Positions 8,590 to 20,000 of a DNA stretch of 20,000 nucleotides are shown here, piece after piece. A program made the translations under genes and the position numbers. The notes below the pieces were generated by a model. The model had not been told where the DNA came from. It did no database searches and worked only from the letters and a program-made list of their open reading frames with translations. The stretch's first letter is position 1, and the number at the start of each line of letters is the position of its first letter. The stretch comes from Chiloscyllium plagiosum (Eukaryota), in assembly GCF_004010195.1 (NCBI RefSeq), contig NC_057752.1, forward strand, positions 16,153,360 through 16,173,359, read 5' to 3'.

Positions 8590-9053
8590 GCAGCGATCTG
8601 CCCTGCAGATAAGTACAGAGGAAATCAACAAAAGATATACATAGGTGAAATGAGTAGACAAAACTTAGCAGATGCAGTATAATGATGGAAAATGTGAGCT
8701 TCTGCACTTTGGCAGGAAGAACTGAAGAGCTGAATATTATTTAAAAGGAGAAAGGCAGCAGAAAGCTATGGATCAGAGCGATTTGGGAGATTCTGTCCAT
8801 GAATCACAAGGCGCCAACATTCGATGTCAGCAGGTAATGGGGAAGGCAAATGGAATGTTAGCCTTTATTTCAAAGGGAACAGAACATAGAAATAGTGAGG
8901 CTTTTCTAAAACTATATAAGACACCTATTAGGCCACACCTCGAATACTTTGAACAGTTCTGGGTCCCTTACTGAAATAAAGACACACAGACATTGGAGGC
9001 TGGTTCACTCAGCTGATCCTGATGATGGAGGAACTGTCTTATGGAGGAGAAGG
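8590..9053 (+). mobile_element. Older CR1-type LINE RT C-terminal fragment (left part)
   Basis: QMQYNxGKCExLHFGRKN-like sequence at 8670-8722; ORF 8768-8974 reads GKANGMLAFISKG...KLYKTPIRPHLEYFEQFWVPY. Confidence 0.85.
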
Positions 9054-12000
9054 TAGAGTCATAGAGTCACAGGGATGTACAGCACGGAAACACATCCTAC
9101 AGTCCAACTCACCCATGCCAACCAGATATCCTAAACCAATCTAGTCCCATTTACCAGCACATATCCCTCCATACCCTTCCTATTCATATACCCATCCAGA
9201 TGCCTTTTAAATGCTGTAATTGTACCAGCCTCCATTACTTCCTCTGGCAGCTCATTCCATACACACACCACCCTCTGCGTGACAAAGTTGCCCCTTAGGT
9301 CCCTTTTATATCTTTCCCCTCTCAACCTAAACCTATACCCTCTAGTTCTGGATTCCCCCACCCCAGGGAAAAGACTTTGCCTATTTATCCTATCCATGCC
9401 CCTCATAATTTTGTAAACCTCTATAAGGTCACCCCTCNNNNNNNNNNNNNNNNNNNNNNNNNNNNNNNNNNNNNNNNNNNNNNNNNNNNNNNNNNNNNNN
9501 NNNNNNNNNNNNNNNNNNNNNNNNNNNNNNNNNNNNNNNNNNNNNNNNNNNNNNNNNNNNNNNNNNNNNNNNNNNNNNNNNNNNNNNNNNNNNNNNNNNN
9601 NNNNNNNNNNNNNNNNNNNNNNNNNNNNNNNNNNNNNNNNNNNNNNNNNNNNNNNNNNNNNNNNNNNNNNNNNNNNNNNNNNNNNNNNNNNNNNNNNNNN
9701 NNNNNNNNNNNNNNNNNNNNNNNNNNNNNNNNNNNNNNNNNNNNNNNNNNNNNNNNNNNNNNNNNNNNNNNNNNNNNNNNNNNNNNNNNNNNNNNNNNNN
9801 NNNNNNNNNNNNNNNNNNNNNNNNNNNNNNNNNNNNNNNNNNNNNNNNNNNNNNNNNNNNNNNNNNNNNNNNNNNNNNNNNNNNNNNNNNNNNNNNNNNN
9901 NNNNNNNNNNNNNNNNNNNNNNNNNNNNNNNNTCTATCTTTCAGTCAGTTCTGTATCCAAATGGCTAGTTCTCCCTGTATTCCGTGAGATCTAACCTTGC
10001 TAACCAGTCACCCATGGGGAACCTTATTGAACGCCTCACTGAAGTCCATATAGATCATGTCCACCACTCTGCCCTCATCAATCCTCTTCATTACTTCTTC
10101 AAAAAAATCAGTCAAGTTATTGAGACATGATTTCCCATGCACAAAGCCATGTTGACTATCCCTAATTAGTCCTTGCCTTTCCAAATACATGTAAATCCTG
10201 TCCCTCAGGATTCCCTCCAACAACTTGCCCACTATCAATGTCAAGCTCACTGGTCTGTAGTTCCCTGGCTTGTCAACCTCCAGTCTTCCGGCACCTCACC
10301 TAACTATTGATGATGCAAATATCTCAGCAAAGGGCCCAGCAATCACTTCCCTAGCTTCCCTCAGTGTTTTAGGGTACATCGGATCAGGTCCTGGAGATTT
10401 ATCCAGTTTTATGCATTTCAAGACACCCAACACTTCCTCCTCTGTAATATGGACATTTTTCAAGATGTCACCATCTATTTCCCTACATTCTCTATCTTCC
10501 ATGTCCTTCTCCACAGTAAATACTGATGCAAAATACACGTTTGGTATCTCCCCCTCATCTCCTGTGGCTCCATACAAAGGCCGTCTTGTTGATCTTTGAG
10601 GGGCCCTATTCTCTCCCTAGTTACCCTTTTGTCCTAAATATATTTGTAAAAACTCTTTGGATTCTCCTTAATCCTATTTGCCAAAGTTATCTCATGTCCC
10701 AGTTTTGCCCTCCTGATTTCCTCCTTAAGTATACTCCTACTTTCTTTATACTCTTCTAAGGATTCACTTGATCTATTCTGTCTATACCTATTATATGTTT
10801 CCTTCTTTTTCTTAACCAAACCCTCAATTTCTTTAGTCATCCAGCATTCCCTATACCTACCAGCTTTTCCTTTCACCCCGACAGGATTATACTTTCTCTG
10901 GATTCTTGCGAACATCTGCCCCCAATCAGCTTTTGAAAGTTCTTGTCTAATACCATCAAAATTGACCTTCCTCCAATTTAAAACTTCAACTTTTAGATCT
11001 GGTCTATCCTTTTCCATCACTAATTTAAATCTAATAGAATTATGGTCGCTGGCCCCAAAGTGCGCCCCCACTGACACCTCAGTCACCTGCCCTGCCTTAT
11101 TTCCCAAAAGTAGGTCAAGTTTTGCACCTTCTCTAGTAGGTACATCCACATACTGAATCAGAAAATTGTCTTGTACAGACTTAACAAATTCCTCTCCATC
11201 TGAACCTTTAACACTATGGCAGTCCCAGTCTATGTTTGGAGAGTTAAAATCCCCTACCATAACCATCCTATTATTCTTACAGATAGCTGAGATCTCCTTA
11301 CAAGTTTGTTTCTCAATTTCCTGCTGACTATTAGGGGATCTATAATACAATCCCAGTAAGGGGATCATCCCTTTCTTACTCCTCAGTTCCACCCAAACAT
11401 CTTCCCTGGATGTATTCCCAGAATATCCCTCCTAAGCACAGCGGTAATGCTATCCCTTATCAAAAATGCCACTCCCCCTCCTCTCTGCCCCCCCTTTGTA
11501 TCCTGGAACATTAAGCTGCCAGTCCTGTCCATCCCTGAGTCATATTTCTGTAATTGCTATGATATCCCAGTCCCATGTTCCTCACCATGCCCTGAGTTCA
11601 GCTGCCTTCCCTATTAGGCCTCTTGCATTGAAATAAATGCAGTTTAATTTATCAGTCTTACCTTGTCCCTGCTTGCCCTGACTGTTTGATTCGCTTCTTT
11701 TTCCAACTGTACCAGTCTCAGATTGATCTCTTTCCTCTCTATCTCCCCTTCCAATTCAGGTGCAGTCCATCCTTCCTGTACAGGTCACTTCTACCCCAGA
11801 AGAGATTCCAATGATCCAGAAATGTGAATCCTTCTCCAATACACCAGCTCCTCAGTCACACATTCATCTGCTCTATCCTCCTATTCCTACCCTCACGAGC
11901 TTGTAGCACCAGGGGTAATCCAGACATTACTATCCTCGAGGACCTCCTTTTTAAATTCCTGCCTAACTCCCTGTAATGTCCCTTCAGAATCTCATCCTTT

Positions 12001-12438
12001 TCCCTTCCTATGTCATTAGTTCCAATGTGTGCAATGACCTCCTGCTGGTCACTCTCCCCTTTGAGAACATCCTGCACCCTCTCTGAAATATCCTGGATCC
12101 TGGCACCAGGGAAACAACACACCATTCTGATTTTTCGCTGCTTGCCACAGAAACGTCTGTCTGTGCTTCTGACTAAAGAGCCTGCTATCACAATCAATTG
12201 CTTGGAACCCAACGTACCCCTCATTACATTAGAGCCAGTCTCAATAACAGGAACTTGGCTGTTTGTGCTACATTCCCCTGAGAGTCTATCATCCCCTACA
12301 TTTTCCAAAACAGCATACTTGTTTGAAATGGGGATAGCCACTGAAGACTCCTGCACTACCTGCCTCCCTCTCCTACCTTTCCTGGAGGTAACCCATCTAC
12401 CGATTGTACCATCTTTGCTCCTTCACAATCTACAGACC
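9054..12438 (-). mobile_element. Long CR1 LINE with esterase-type ORF1 remnant and APE/RT ORF2 remnants (disrupted)
   Basis: ORF1 11856-12356 (LIVIAGSLVR...FPGARIQD...HIGTND, SGNH-like); endonuclease 10634-11392 (YYRSP, VGDFN, LDLLL, SDHN); RT pieces 10008-10577 (KSPGPD, QHGF, DFSEAFNKVPH); 3' end 9131-9406; tail repeat TAGAGTCA at 9054-9069. Confidence 0.93.
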
Positions 12439-12600
12439 CAGCGGGTTGGGCCTGTAACCATTGGAGTTAAAAAGAGTGGGAGGCAACTTTACTGAAACAT
12501 ACAAGATTCTCAGGGCGACTTGACAGGGGAGATGTGGAGAGGTTGTTTCCCTTTGTGGGAGAGTTATCATCCCAGAATAAGGTCTCACACATTGAAGACA
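12439..12600 (+). mobile_element. Older CR1-type LINE fragment (right part, continuing 8590-9053)
   Basis: Degenerate xLGLYxLExxRxxGxxxETYKILR...ERLFPFVGE, which follows the GLSYEERL-like motif that ends at about 9053. Confidence 0.75.
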
Positions 12601-12909
12601 GAGATGACATATGTCTCACTTCCGTTTCTACATCTTTACAGTTTGCTGTGTAACTGAAAAAGAGAAACAAAGCAATAAAATATTAGAAGCTAAAAGGTAA
12701 ACACAGGTATAAGCAGGTCAATAAAGTTTGGGACTAATTCTGGCCCAGAAGGTTATCATGGTTCTGATAGGGTATAAAGCTGAGACTTCAATGAGCATCT
12801 GTCTGTACTGGGAGAGTTGCTGATGCATTAGGAAAGAAGTAGACAGTGGTAGGGCTGGGGGAAGAGGGCAGCTTGTTAGCATTTATCCAGTCCAGTTGGC
12901 GTGGGAGGT

Positions 12910-13775
12910 TATAGAGCACTGAATCAGACTCTTCGGTCCAACCAGTCCACGACAACCATAATCCCAACCTTAACTCGTCCCATCTGCCTCTATTTGGACC
13001 ATATCCCTCCAAACTTTTCCTATTCATGAACTTATCCAAATGTCTTTCAAGCCTTCAGTCTATACCTGATCTGTGCATTTTGTCTGGAAATTTATTCCAC
13101 ACATGAACCACACTCTATTTAAAAAAAATTGCCCTCATGTCTTTTTAAATCTTTCTCCTCTCATCTTAAAAATATGCTGCCCTCCCCCAATCTTGAAATC
13201 CTTCACCCTAGGAAAACAACCTGTCATTCACCTTATCAATACCCCTCATGATTTTATAACCATAGGGTCATTCTCCTACGCTCCAGTGAAAAATGACCCA
13301 GCCCATCCAGCTTCTCCTCATAACTCAAACCCTCTATTCCCAGAAACATCCCGGTAAATCTTTTCTGAACCCTCTCCAGTTTAGTAATATCATTCCTATA
13401 ACAGGGCGACCAGAACTGGACACGGTATTCCAAAAGCAGCCTCACCAACATCCTGTACAACCTCAACATAACAACGTCCTGTACGCAAAGGACTGAGCAG
13501 TGAAGGCAGGCGTGCCAAATGCCTTTATGACCACCCCATTCAAAAGTGATGCAAACTTCAAAGAATTATGTACCTTGAACCCCTAGGTCCCTCTGTTCCA
13601 GAATGTTAGTGTTAGTTGTATAAGTCCTGTCATTGTTTGTTTTACCAAAATGCAATATCTGACATTTATCCAGAATAAACTCCTCCTGCCACTCTTCAGC
13701 CCATTGACCCAATTGATCAAGGTCCCTTTGTAAGTTCAGGTAACCAACTTCACTGTCCGTTATAGCACCAGTTTT
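12910..13775 (-). mobile_element. 5'-truncated CR1 LINE
   Basis: ORFs 13566-13889 (LQRDLDQLGQWAEEWQ...KCQILHFG), 13254-13469 (LEYRVQFWSPCY...LERVQKRFT) and 3' end 12910-13039. Confidence 0.9.
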
Positions 13776-13879
13776 GGTGTGGCAAGGTGGAAGGGTGAAA
13801 TTCTGGCCACAGTCTGAATGGCACAAAAGGTCTGAAGGAGTTACACATGTACAGGTGTATTTAAAAACAGTGAGAAGGA

Positions 13880-14269
13880 ATGGACCCAACAGCTACAGGC
13901 TAATGATCTCTGGAATAAAATACCTTGTCTTCTAGATTAGTATGGATTTGGTAATGGACATCAGCACCAATCTGCTAAATTTGAGTCATATTTTTACAAA
14001 CAGAGTTGCTGATCTCTCTGGAGATGGTTGAGGATGGCAGGGCTGTTGATATTGTGCAAACGAGGGAAACTATATTAAAACTGAAACAAAGGCTGGTGCG
14101 TGAAGTCAGCTGAGAAACAGAAAGTCAGGCTGAATGGCTGCTTTTCAGACTGGGATAAAGCAGACACTGTAGCTTTTGGGAGGCATCATGGAGATTGTGA
14201 CTGTTCCTAAGATATATATTAGTGACCTTTCACATCTGGATATGAAGCAGAATCTCAACGTTTGCAGAT
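13880..14269 (+). mobile_element. Old degraded LINE RT fragment (left part)
   Basis: GGCAGGGCTGTTGATATTGTG (GRAVDIV), CAGAAAGTCAGGCTGAATGGCTGCTTTTCAGACTGG (QKVRLNGCFSDW), ATATATATTAGTGACCTT (IYISDL), ending in TTTGCAGAT (FAD). Confidence 0.7.
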
Positions 14270-14951
14270 TCAGGTCCATTGTACCCTGAAGGTGGCTGCA
14301 CAGGTGGATAGAGTGGTCAAGAAGGCATATAGTAAGCTTGCCTTCATCAGATGGGGTTTTGAGTATAAGAGCTGTACAAGACATTGGTTCGGCCGCATTT
14401 AGAATACTGTGTACAGTTCTGGTCGCCACATTACCAAAAGGATGTGGACGCTTTGGAGAGGGTGCGGAGAAGGTTTACGAGGATGTTGCCTGGTATGGAA
14501 GGTGCTAGATATGGAGAGAGGTTGAGGATGTTAGGTTTGTATTCACTAAAAAAAAGGAGATTGAGGGGGGACCAGATTGAAGTTTATAAAATCATGAAGG
14601 GTATAGACAGGGTGGATAGAGATAAGCTTTTTCCCAGGGTGAGGGATTCAATAACGAGAGGTCATGCTTTCAAAGTGAGAGGTGGAAAGTTTAAGGGGGA
14701 TACATGCAGCAAGTACTTCACACAGAGGGTGGTGGGCGTTTGGAACGCGTTGCCAGCAGAGGTGGGAGAGGCAGGCACAGTAGATTCATTTAAGGTGTGT
14801 CTGGACAGATGCATGAGTAGGTAGGGAGCAGATGGATGCAAATGCTTAGGAATTGGGCGACAGGTTTAGACAGTAGATTTGGATCGGCTCAGGCTTGGAG
14901 TGCCAAAGGGCCTGTTCCTGGGCTGTAAATTTTCTTTCTTCTTTGTTCTTT
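14270..14951 (+). mobile_element. Young 5'-truncated CR1 LINE
   Basis: ORF 14384-14824 reads VRPHLEYCVQFWSPHY...TRGH...FTQRVVGVWNALP; T/C-rich tail at 14930-14951. Confidence 0.92.
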
Positions 14952-16416
14952 GACATGAAGGTATTTTACACGTAAGTGAGGAATAAGAGAATGATCAAAG
15001 AAAGAGTAGGGCCGATCAGGGATAGCATAGGGAACTTGTGTGGAGTCTGAGGAGGTAGGGGAAGCCTAAATGAGTATTTTGCTTCTGTCTATACGAAAGA
15101 AATGAACTTTGTAGTGAATGAAACCTTTGAAGAGCAGATGTGCATGCTGGAATGGATAGAGATAGAGGAAGCTGATGTGCTGAAAAGTTTGTCAAACATT
15201 AAGATTGACAAGTTGCCAGGCCCGGACCAGATTTGTCCTCGNNNNNNNNNNNNNNNNNNNNNNNNNNNNNNNNNNNNNNNNNNNNNNNNNNNNNNNNNNN
15301 NNNNNNNNNNNNNNNNNNNNNNNNNNNNNNNNNNNNNNNNNNNNNNNNNNNNNNNNNNNNNNNNNNNNNNNNNNNNNNNNNNNNNNNNNNNNNNNNNNNN
15401 NNNNNNNNNNNNNNNNNNNNNNNNNNNNNNNNNNNNNNNNNNNNNNNNNNNNNNNNNNNNNNNNNNNNNNNNNNNNNNNNNNNNNNNNNNNNNNNNNNNN
15501 NNNNNNNNNNNNNNNNNNNNNNNNNNNNNNNNNNNNNNNNNNNNNNNNNNNNNNNNNNNNNNNNNNNNNNNNNNNNNNNNNNNNNNNNNNNNNNNNNNNN
15601 NNNNNNNNNNNNNNNNNNNNNNNNNNNNNNNNNNNNNNNNNNNNNNNNNNNNNNNNNNNNNNNNNNNNNNNNNNNNNNNNNNNNNNNNNNNNNNNNNNNN
15701 NNNNNNNNNNNNNNNNNNNNNNNNNNNNNNNNNNNNNNNNNNNNNNNNNNNNNNNNNNNNNNNNNNNNNNNNNNNNNNNNNNNNNNNNNNNNNNNNNNNN
15801 NNNNNNNNNNNNNNNNNNNNNNNNNNNNNNNNNNNNNNNNNNNNNNNNNNNNNNNNNNNNNNNNNNNNNNNNNNNNNNNNNNNNNNNNNNNNNNNNNNNN
15901 NNNNNNNNNNNNNNNNNNNNNNNNNNNNNNNNNNNNNNNNNNNNNNNNNNNNNNNNNNNNNNNNNNNNNNNNNNNNNNNNNNNNNNNNNNNNNNNNNNNN
16001 NNNNNNNNNNNNNNNNNNNNNNNNNNNNNNNNNNNNNNNNNNNNNNNNNNNNNNNNNNNNNNNNNNNNNNNNNNNNNNNNNNNNNNNNNNNNNNNNNNNN
16101 NNNNNNNNNGATAGCCAGAGACTATTTCCCAGGGCAGAAATGACTAACACGAGGGGTCACAGTTTTAAGCTGGTTGGAGGAAAGTATAGAGGGGATGTCA
16201 GAGGTGGGTTCTTTACACAGAGAGTTGTGAGAGCATGGAATGCGTTGCCAGCAGCAGTTGTGGAAGCGAGGTCATTGGGGACATTTAAGAGACTGCTGGA
16301 TATGCATATGGTCACAGAAATCTGAGAGTTCGTACATGAGGATCAGTGGTCGGCACAACATCCTGGGCTGAAGGGCCTGTTCTGTGCTGTACTGTTCTAT
16401 GCGCTATGTTCTATGT
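14952..16416 (+). mobile_element. 5'-truncated CR1 LINE spanning an assembly gap
   Basis: KIDKLPGPDQI before the gap and RLFP...TRGHSFK...FFTQRVVRAWNALP after it; tail TTCTATG repeats at 16395-16416. Continuity across the gap is assumed. Confidence 0.85.
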
Positions 16417-16800
16417 ACTTGGAAATGGAGCAAACATTGAGGAGGGTAAAAGGACTTCAAGAGGACACAGATTGGTATAATGACACGTCATGTAACACAC
16501 AGAAGAATTAGGAGATTATATCTGATAAAGAGGAAAAGGGCTGAGGCAATATAGACCAAATGTTACAACTTTAAAGGGACCGCAGGAGGAAACGTTTGTG
16601 TCAGCACAAACAAGGTCACTTTGCAACAGCTACAACTGTTAGAGCTTGAGATAAGATTTACTAAGAGAGGGTCAGAATACAGAAGTAAAGATGTTGCACT
16701 GAACCTTGCTTGTCAAATGTTGTGTCTCAGCTGGAGGGTTGTTTGCACTGCTGTCGGGAAACTGAGCTGTGTTTAGGTTCTAGAAGGTTTTAACAGAAGC
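16417..16800 (+). mobile_element. Old degraded LINE RT fragment (right part, continuing 13880-14269)
   Basis: CTTGGAAATGGAGCAAACATTGAGGAGGG...CTTCAAGAGGACACAGA (LG...EE...LQEDTD, post-FADD motif); GAATACAGAAGTAAAGATGTT (EYRSKDV). Confidence 0.6.
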
Positions 16801-16809
16801 TGTCGAGTT

Positions 16810-17930
16810 GTTTAACAGCACAGAAGGAAGAGATTTGGCCCATTTGGTTTATAGTGCAATCACTCCATGGTGTAATCCAATCAATGCCATTCACCTTGCA
16901 GGTTTAACCCCTTGAAGTGAATCTCCAATCTCCTTTTGAGATCATTGACTGATCCTGCTCCCAGCTCATTACCATTTGCTGCATAAAATGATTCTTGCTC
17001 ACATTGCTCCATGTACCTCCTGCCCCAAACCGTAAACCATTCCCTCAGCTTTGGCCCAGCAGCTAACAGACAGTGTTTTTCTCCCATTAACTTGATCTAA
17101 ACTGCTATAACGCTGTACAAAATCTTCATCAAATCTAATCTCAAGCTCTAACAGTTGTAGCTATTGCAAAGTGACCTTGTTTGTAAGAGACTCACTTCCC
17201 CATTCTCTAGATCCTCAGCAGGACAGTCACACTCACCCAAAGTGTGGGGACGTGCTCTGGCTGCAATCTAACAACCAATGTTTAGCATCACCGCCCTGTT
17301 TCTGTACTCAATACATCTATTCATCAAAGCTGAGGGTCCACAATTTACTCATTGTTCTCAATATATTCTATCACACTCAAGGATCAATAGACTCCCAGGT
17401 CCCTCTGACTCAGCACATTCTATACAACTTGGCCGTCAAATGTACATTGACTCACACCATTCCATTCCATGGAACTGTACTTTATAGCTTACCACTGAAC
17501 TCTGACTGCTGCTTGCCTGCTCAGTTCTGCTACTGCATCCCTGATCTGTTTAAATCATTCATATTGCTCTCAGCGTTTGCCATTCCATCCAAAACCCAAG
17601 CTCTCAGGTCTACTCAGAAAAATATTGATCACGGGCCTTTCTTTTGTTCTTGAGTCATTTCATTTCGTCCACCAGCCTCAGTTTTACCAAGTGGACCTTT
17701 CAGTGGTAACTTGTCAATGGCTTTCTTGAAGTTCAGACAGACAGCATCCACCACATCCACTTCAACATGCTTCTCTGCTGCTTCATCAAAGAGATCCGGT
17801 TATATCTCCAGGTGCCTTTTACAAAGTGGTGCTCACTCTCCATCATTAACTCAGACCAGATAATCAATTTCAAAGCCTCACCCACCGCTGATGTTAAACC
17901 CATCAACCTGTGATTGCTAAGGCTGTGTGA
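16810..17930 (-). mobile_element. Old degraded CR1-type LINE
   Basis: ORF 17733-18113 contains SNHRLMGLTSAVGEAL (NYRPVSLTSVVGK-like); VDVVDAVCLNFKKAIDK near 17710-17760; 3' end remnants at 16810-17100. Confidence 0.7.
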
Positions 17931-18859
17931 TGACTTCTCTTCAATGGTTGTGTTTATGGACATTGCCACCACGATGTAGAGAGATGGGTTTGGGTGCAGG
18001 GAGAGAGGGGATGGTAGCGCAGCATCATTGTCAAATGAGTGAGTTGCAACCGGCAATGACAAAACTGGCACTGCCCATGTATCCAGAGGGTGAATCAAAC
18101 TCCAAATTGGCAACAGGGTTCAGGGCTGATGGTGGAGGAGATGGAATGAAGGTGTGCTCGCTATCAGCAAAATCTTTTTATTGTTAAACTAATCAAAATG
18201 GCGCTGGAATGTGGCAGCTTTTTACTGTGTTGTTCATTGTAGAGCACACATAACAATACATCATCCTTCATTCACTTTCAGTGTTCAGAGTCACAAAAGG
18301 CTTTGATCAAATGCTTTAAACCAAGGAGGCTGTGCAGAGAGATGGTTCCAATTTAGAAATGTATGCCTAGTGGAGCTCAGTGTGAGTTGGGTACAGTGTC
18401 ATTTATTCCTGAGAACAGAAGCAGATGCCTCAAGGTCAGTAGGCTCTGAACTAATGGAAAACTGCTTGACAACAGGATTCTGATTGGCCCCTGACCAGGT
18501 GACCATGAGGGGCCAGTGCTGCAAAGAATATTAAATCTGCAGAGGGAACGTGGCAAAAGTCTTTGTCTCATTCCCCTCTCTCCTGTGCAGACGGAGCAGA
18601 AAGTTTCCTCTAATAGCCTGCTACCTTCCATTCTCATACATCGCTGCAATTCCTTGTTGAAGGATAAATAAACCAGCCTCAAAACATGGTGAAAGGACAG
18701 ATTCTCAACCAGGAAATGAAAGACAGCATCAGTGAACATCATTGGCAAAGAACGTAAAAGGAATTGGACAAGAACAAATGCAGCTGAACAAAGCTCAGAC
18801 TGGTGCTATGGAACTGTCTTTCCCTGATCATTCTCCGTTTCCATCTTTAATATCCATGT

Positions 18860-18888
18860 CCTGTCTGTCTGTCTGTCTGTCTGTCTGT
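18860..18888. repeat. (CTGT)n microsatellite
   Basis: Direct reading, about 7 units. Confidence 0.95.
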
Positions 18889-19342
18889 GAAATGAGCAAT
18901 TGAAGGAGGATAGAGTTTCAGTTGGACAGTTACAAGTCAGCAATTCAAGCTTCCTAATTGCCATAGATTAAAGATAATTTGTTTGCAACATACGGTTGTT
19001 TCCTAGTTTATTGCAAAAACCTGGTGTGTAATTTTTAAAACCCGAGACAGGAAAAGAGGCAAATAGTTTAACAAAATGTTTTCAACTTAGTGAAAGCTCA
19101 GGAAAGAGTGGGGCTCGATTTCCAGTGCCAGGAGTCATGACGATATAAGTACTCCACGGGAAGTTTCAGTCCTCAGATCTATGCTCAGCAAAGAGACACA
19201 CAATCCTGCGGGGAAGATAAAGCTTCAGTACCAAGGTACGTCAAGCCCTGAGTCAGGCAGTAACCTGTGTGTCTTCAGGACCGTAGTACCTCATTAGTTA
19301 CCCAGAAATACCAGAGTAGCACCGGGCACCGTTCAGAATTAC

Positions 19343-19446
19343 CTGCAACTGGAACCTTGCTGAAGTCCAAATAATTACGGAATTCGCCCACGTTATTCCA
19401 GGCGCTGTTAAGCAGCTTCAGTGGGTTCAGACCAAGTTCGACCAAG
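19343..19446 (-). CDS. ALOXE3-like: Lipoxygenase (ALOXE3/ALOX12B-like) internal exon, 104 nt, phase 2 to 1
   Basis: Not in the ORF track. Acceptor ttaactcag|C, donor CAG|gtaatt. Open frame LVELGLNPLKLLNSAWNNVGEFRNYLDFSKVPVA+G; G joined to CG of the next exon gives Ala in frame. Position of the Trp and exon size/phase fit the LOX exon preceding the HWxED exon. Confidence 0.8.
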
Positions 19447-19832
19447 CTGAGTTAACAAAGATATTTTACAATTAATCACCGTGAGCACTGAAAATGTTCA
19501 CTCTTCCCCCTAATGGTTTCTGGGCCCCAGGGTCTGGATGGTGAAAGCTGGCACTAATTGGAGGTGAGGGAGCACACATTACAACAGAGGCAGGGGGTAA
19601 AACACTGCAATGCACATGACAGCACTTCTGATCAAAGGAAGGCAGAACCGAGCCCTGAGCAGAGATGTCAGTGCAGCAATCTGAGATCCAATCAAAGAAT
19701 CACACAGGACAGGAGAAGCCATTAGAACCACTGAGTAAAAGGTAGGTTTTAAAGATTATCCCAGGAGGAGGTTGAGGGAGGGAGTTTCGTGCCCTGGCCT
19801 ACAATAGAGGTACAGCCAGAGAGTGATGTTCT

Positions 19833-19992
19833 AGAGGGGGTTACAGAGGTAGGGAGGGGGTGTAGGGGCTGGAGGGGGTTACAGAGATAGGGAGGGGGTT
19901 TAGGGGCCAGAGGGGGGTTACAGAGATAGGGAGGGGATGGAGGGTCTGGATGGGGTTACAGTGATAGGGAGGGGGTGTAAAGGCTGGAGGGA
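19833..19992. repeat. About 38-bp G-rich minisatellite, about 4 copies, possibly derived from an L2-type LINE 3' segment
   Basis: TTACAG recurs at 19841, 19879, 19918 and 19956; unit approximately GGAGGGGGTTACAGAGATAGGGAGGGGGTGTAGGGGCT. An L2-like remnant lies at about 19735-19800. Confidence 0.85.
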
Positions 19993-20000
19993 AGAGGGAA

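Noticed and set aside
18377..18748. 123-aa minus-strand ORF with KELQR, reminiscent of an early LOX exon
   Set aside because: Similarity limited to a few residues, no convincing splice sites, and wrong order relative to the 104-nt exon.
19110..19160. Minus-strand EYLYRHDSWHWKS resembling the LOX EYVxxHWxED motif
   Set aside because: Wrong spacing, no downstream FGxQxLNG motif and nearby stops; probably chance.

Overview
Repeat-rich vertebrate genomic DNA, most likely a shark or other cartilaginous fish judging from its V-SINE/HE1-like, CR1 and Penelope repeats, with four assembly gaps (1303-1802, 7562-7643, 9438-9932, 15242-16109). The only host gene I can support is a minus-strand lipoxygenase (ALOXE3/ALOX12B-like). 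Three phase-compatible GT-AG exons are visible (19343-19446, 6762-6934, 3150-3293) and splice into one open frame. The introns are filled with CR1-type LINE fragments (some nested, one long copy keeping an esterase-type ORF1 and APE/RT ORF2 remnants), tRNA-derived SINEs and minisatellites. The most interesting signal is three short fold-back insertions between 1125 and 4539, each flanked by 14-16 bp direct repeats. They carry Penelope-type minimal hammerhead ribozyme motifs. One motif (4242-4278) looks intact and is in the sense orientation of the ALOX pre-mRNA, and two rearrangement breakpoints fall at the predicted cleavage site. A candidate alternative or poison exon lies at 7946-8037. Most long ORFs in the track are artefacts of repeats or gaps.
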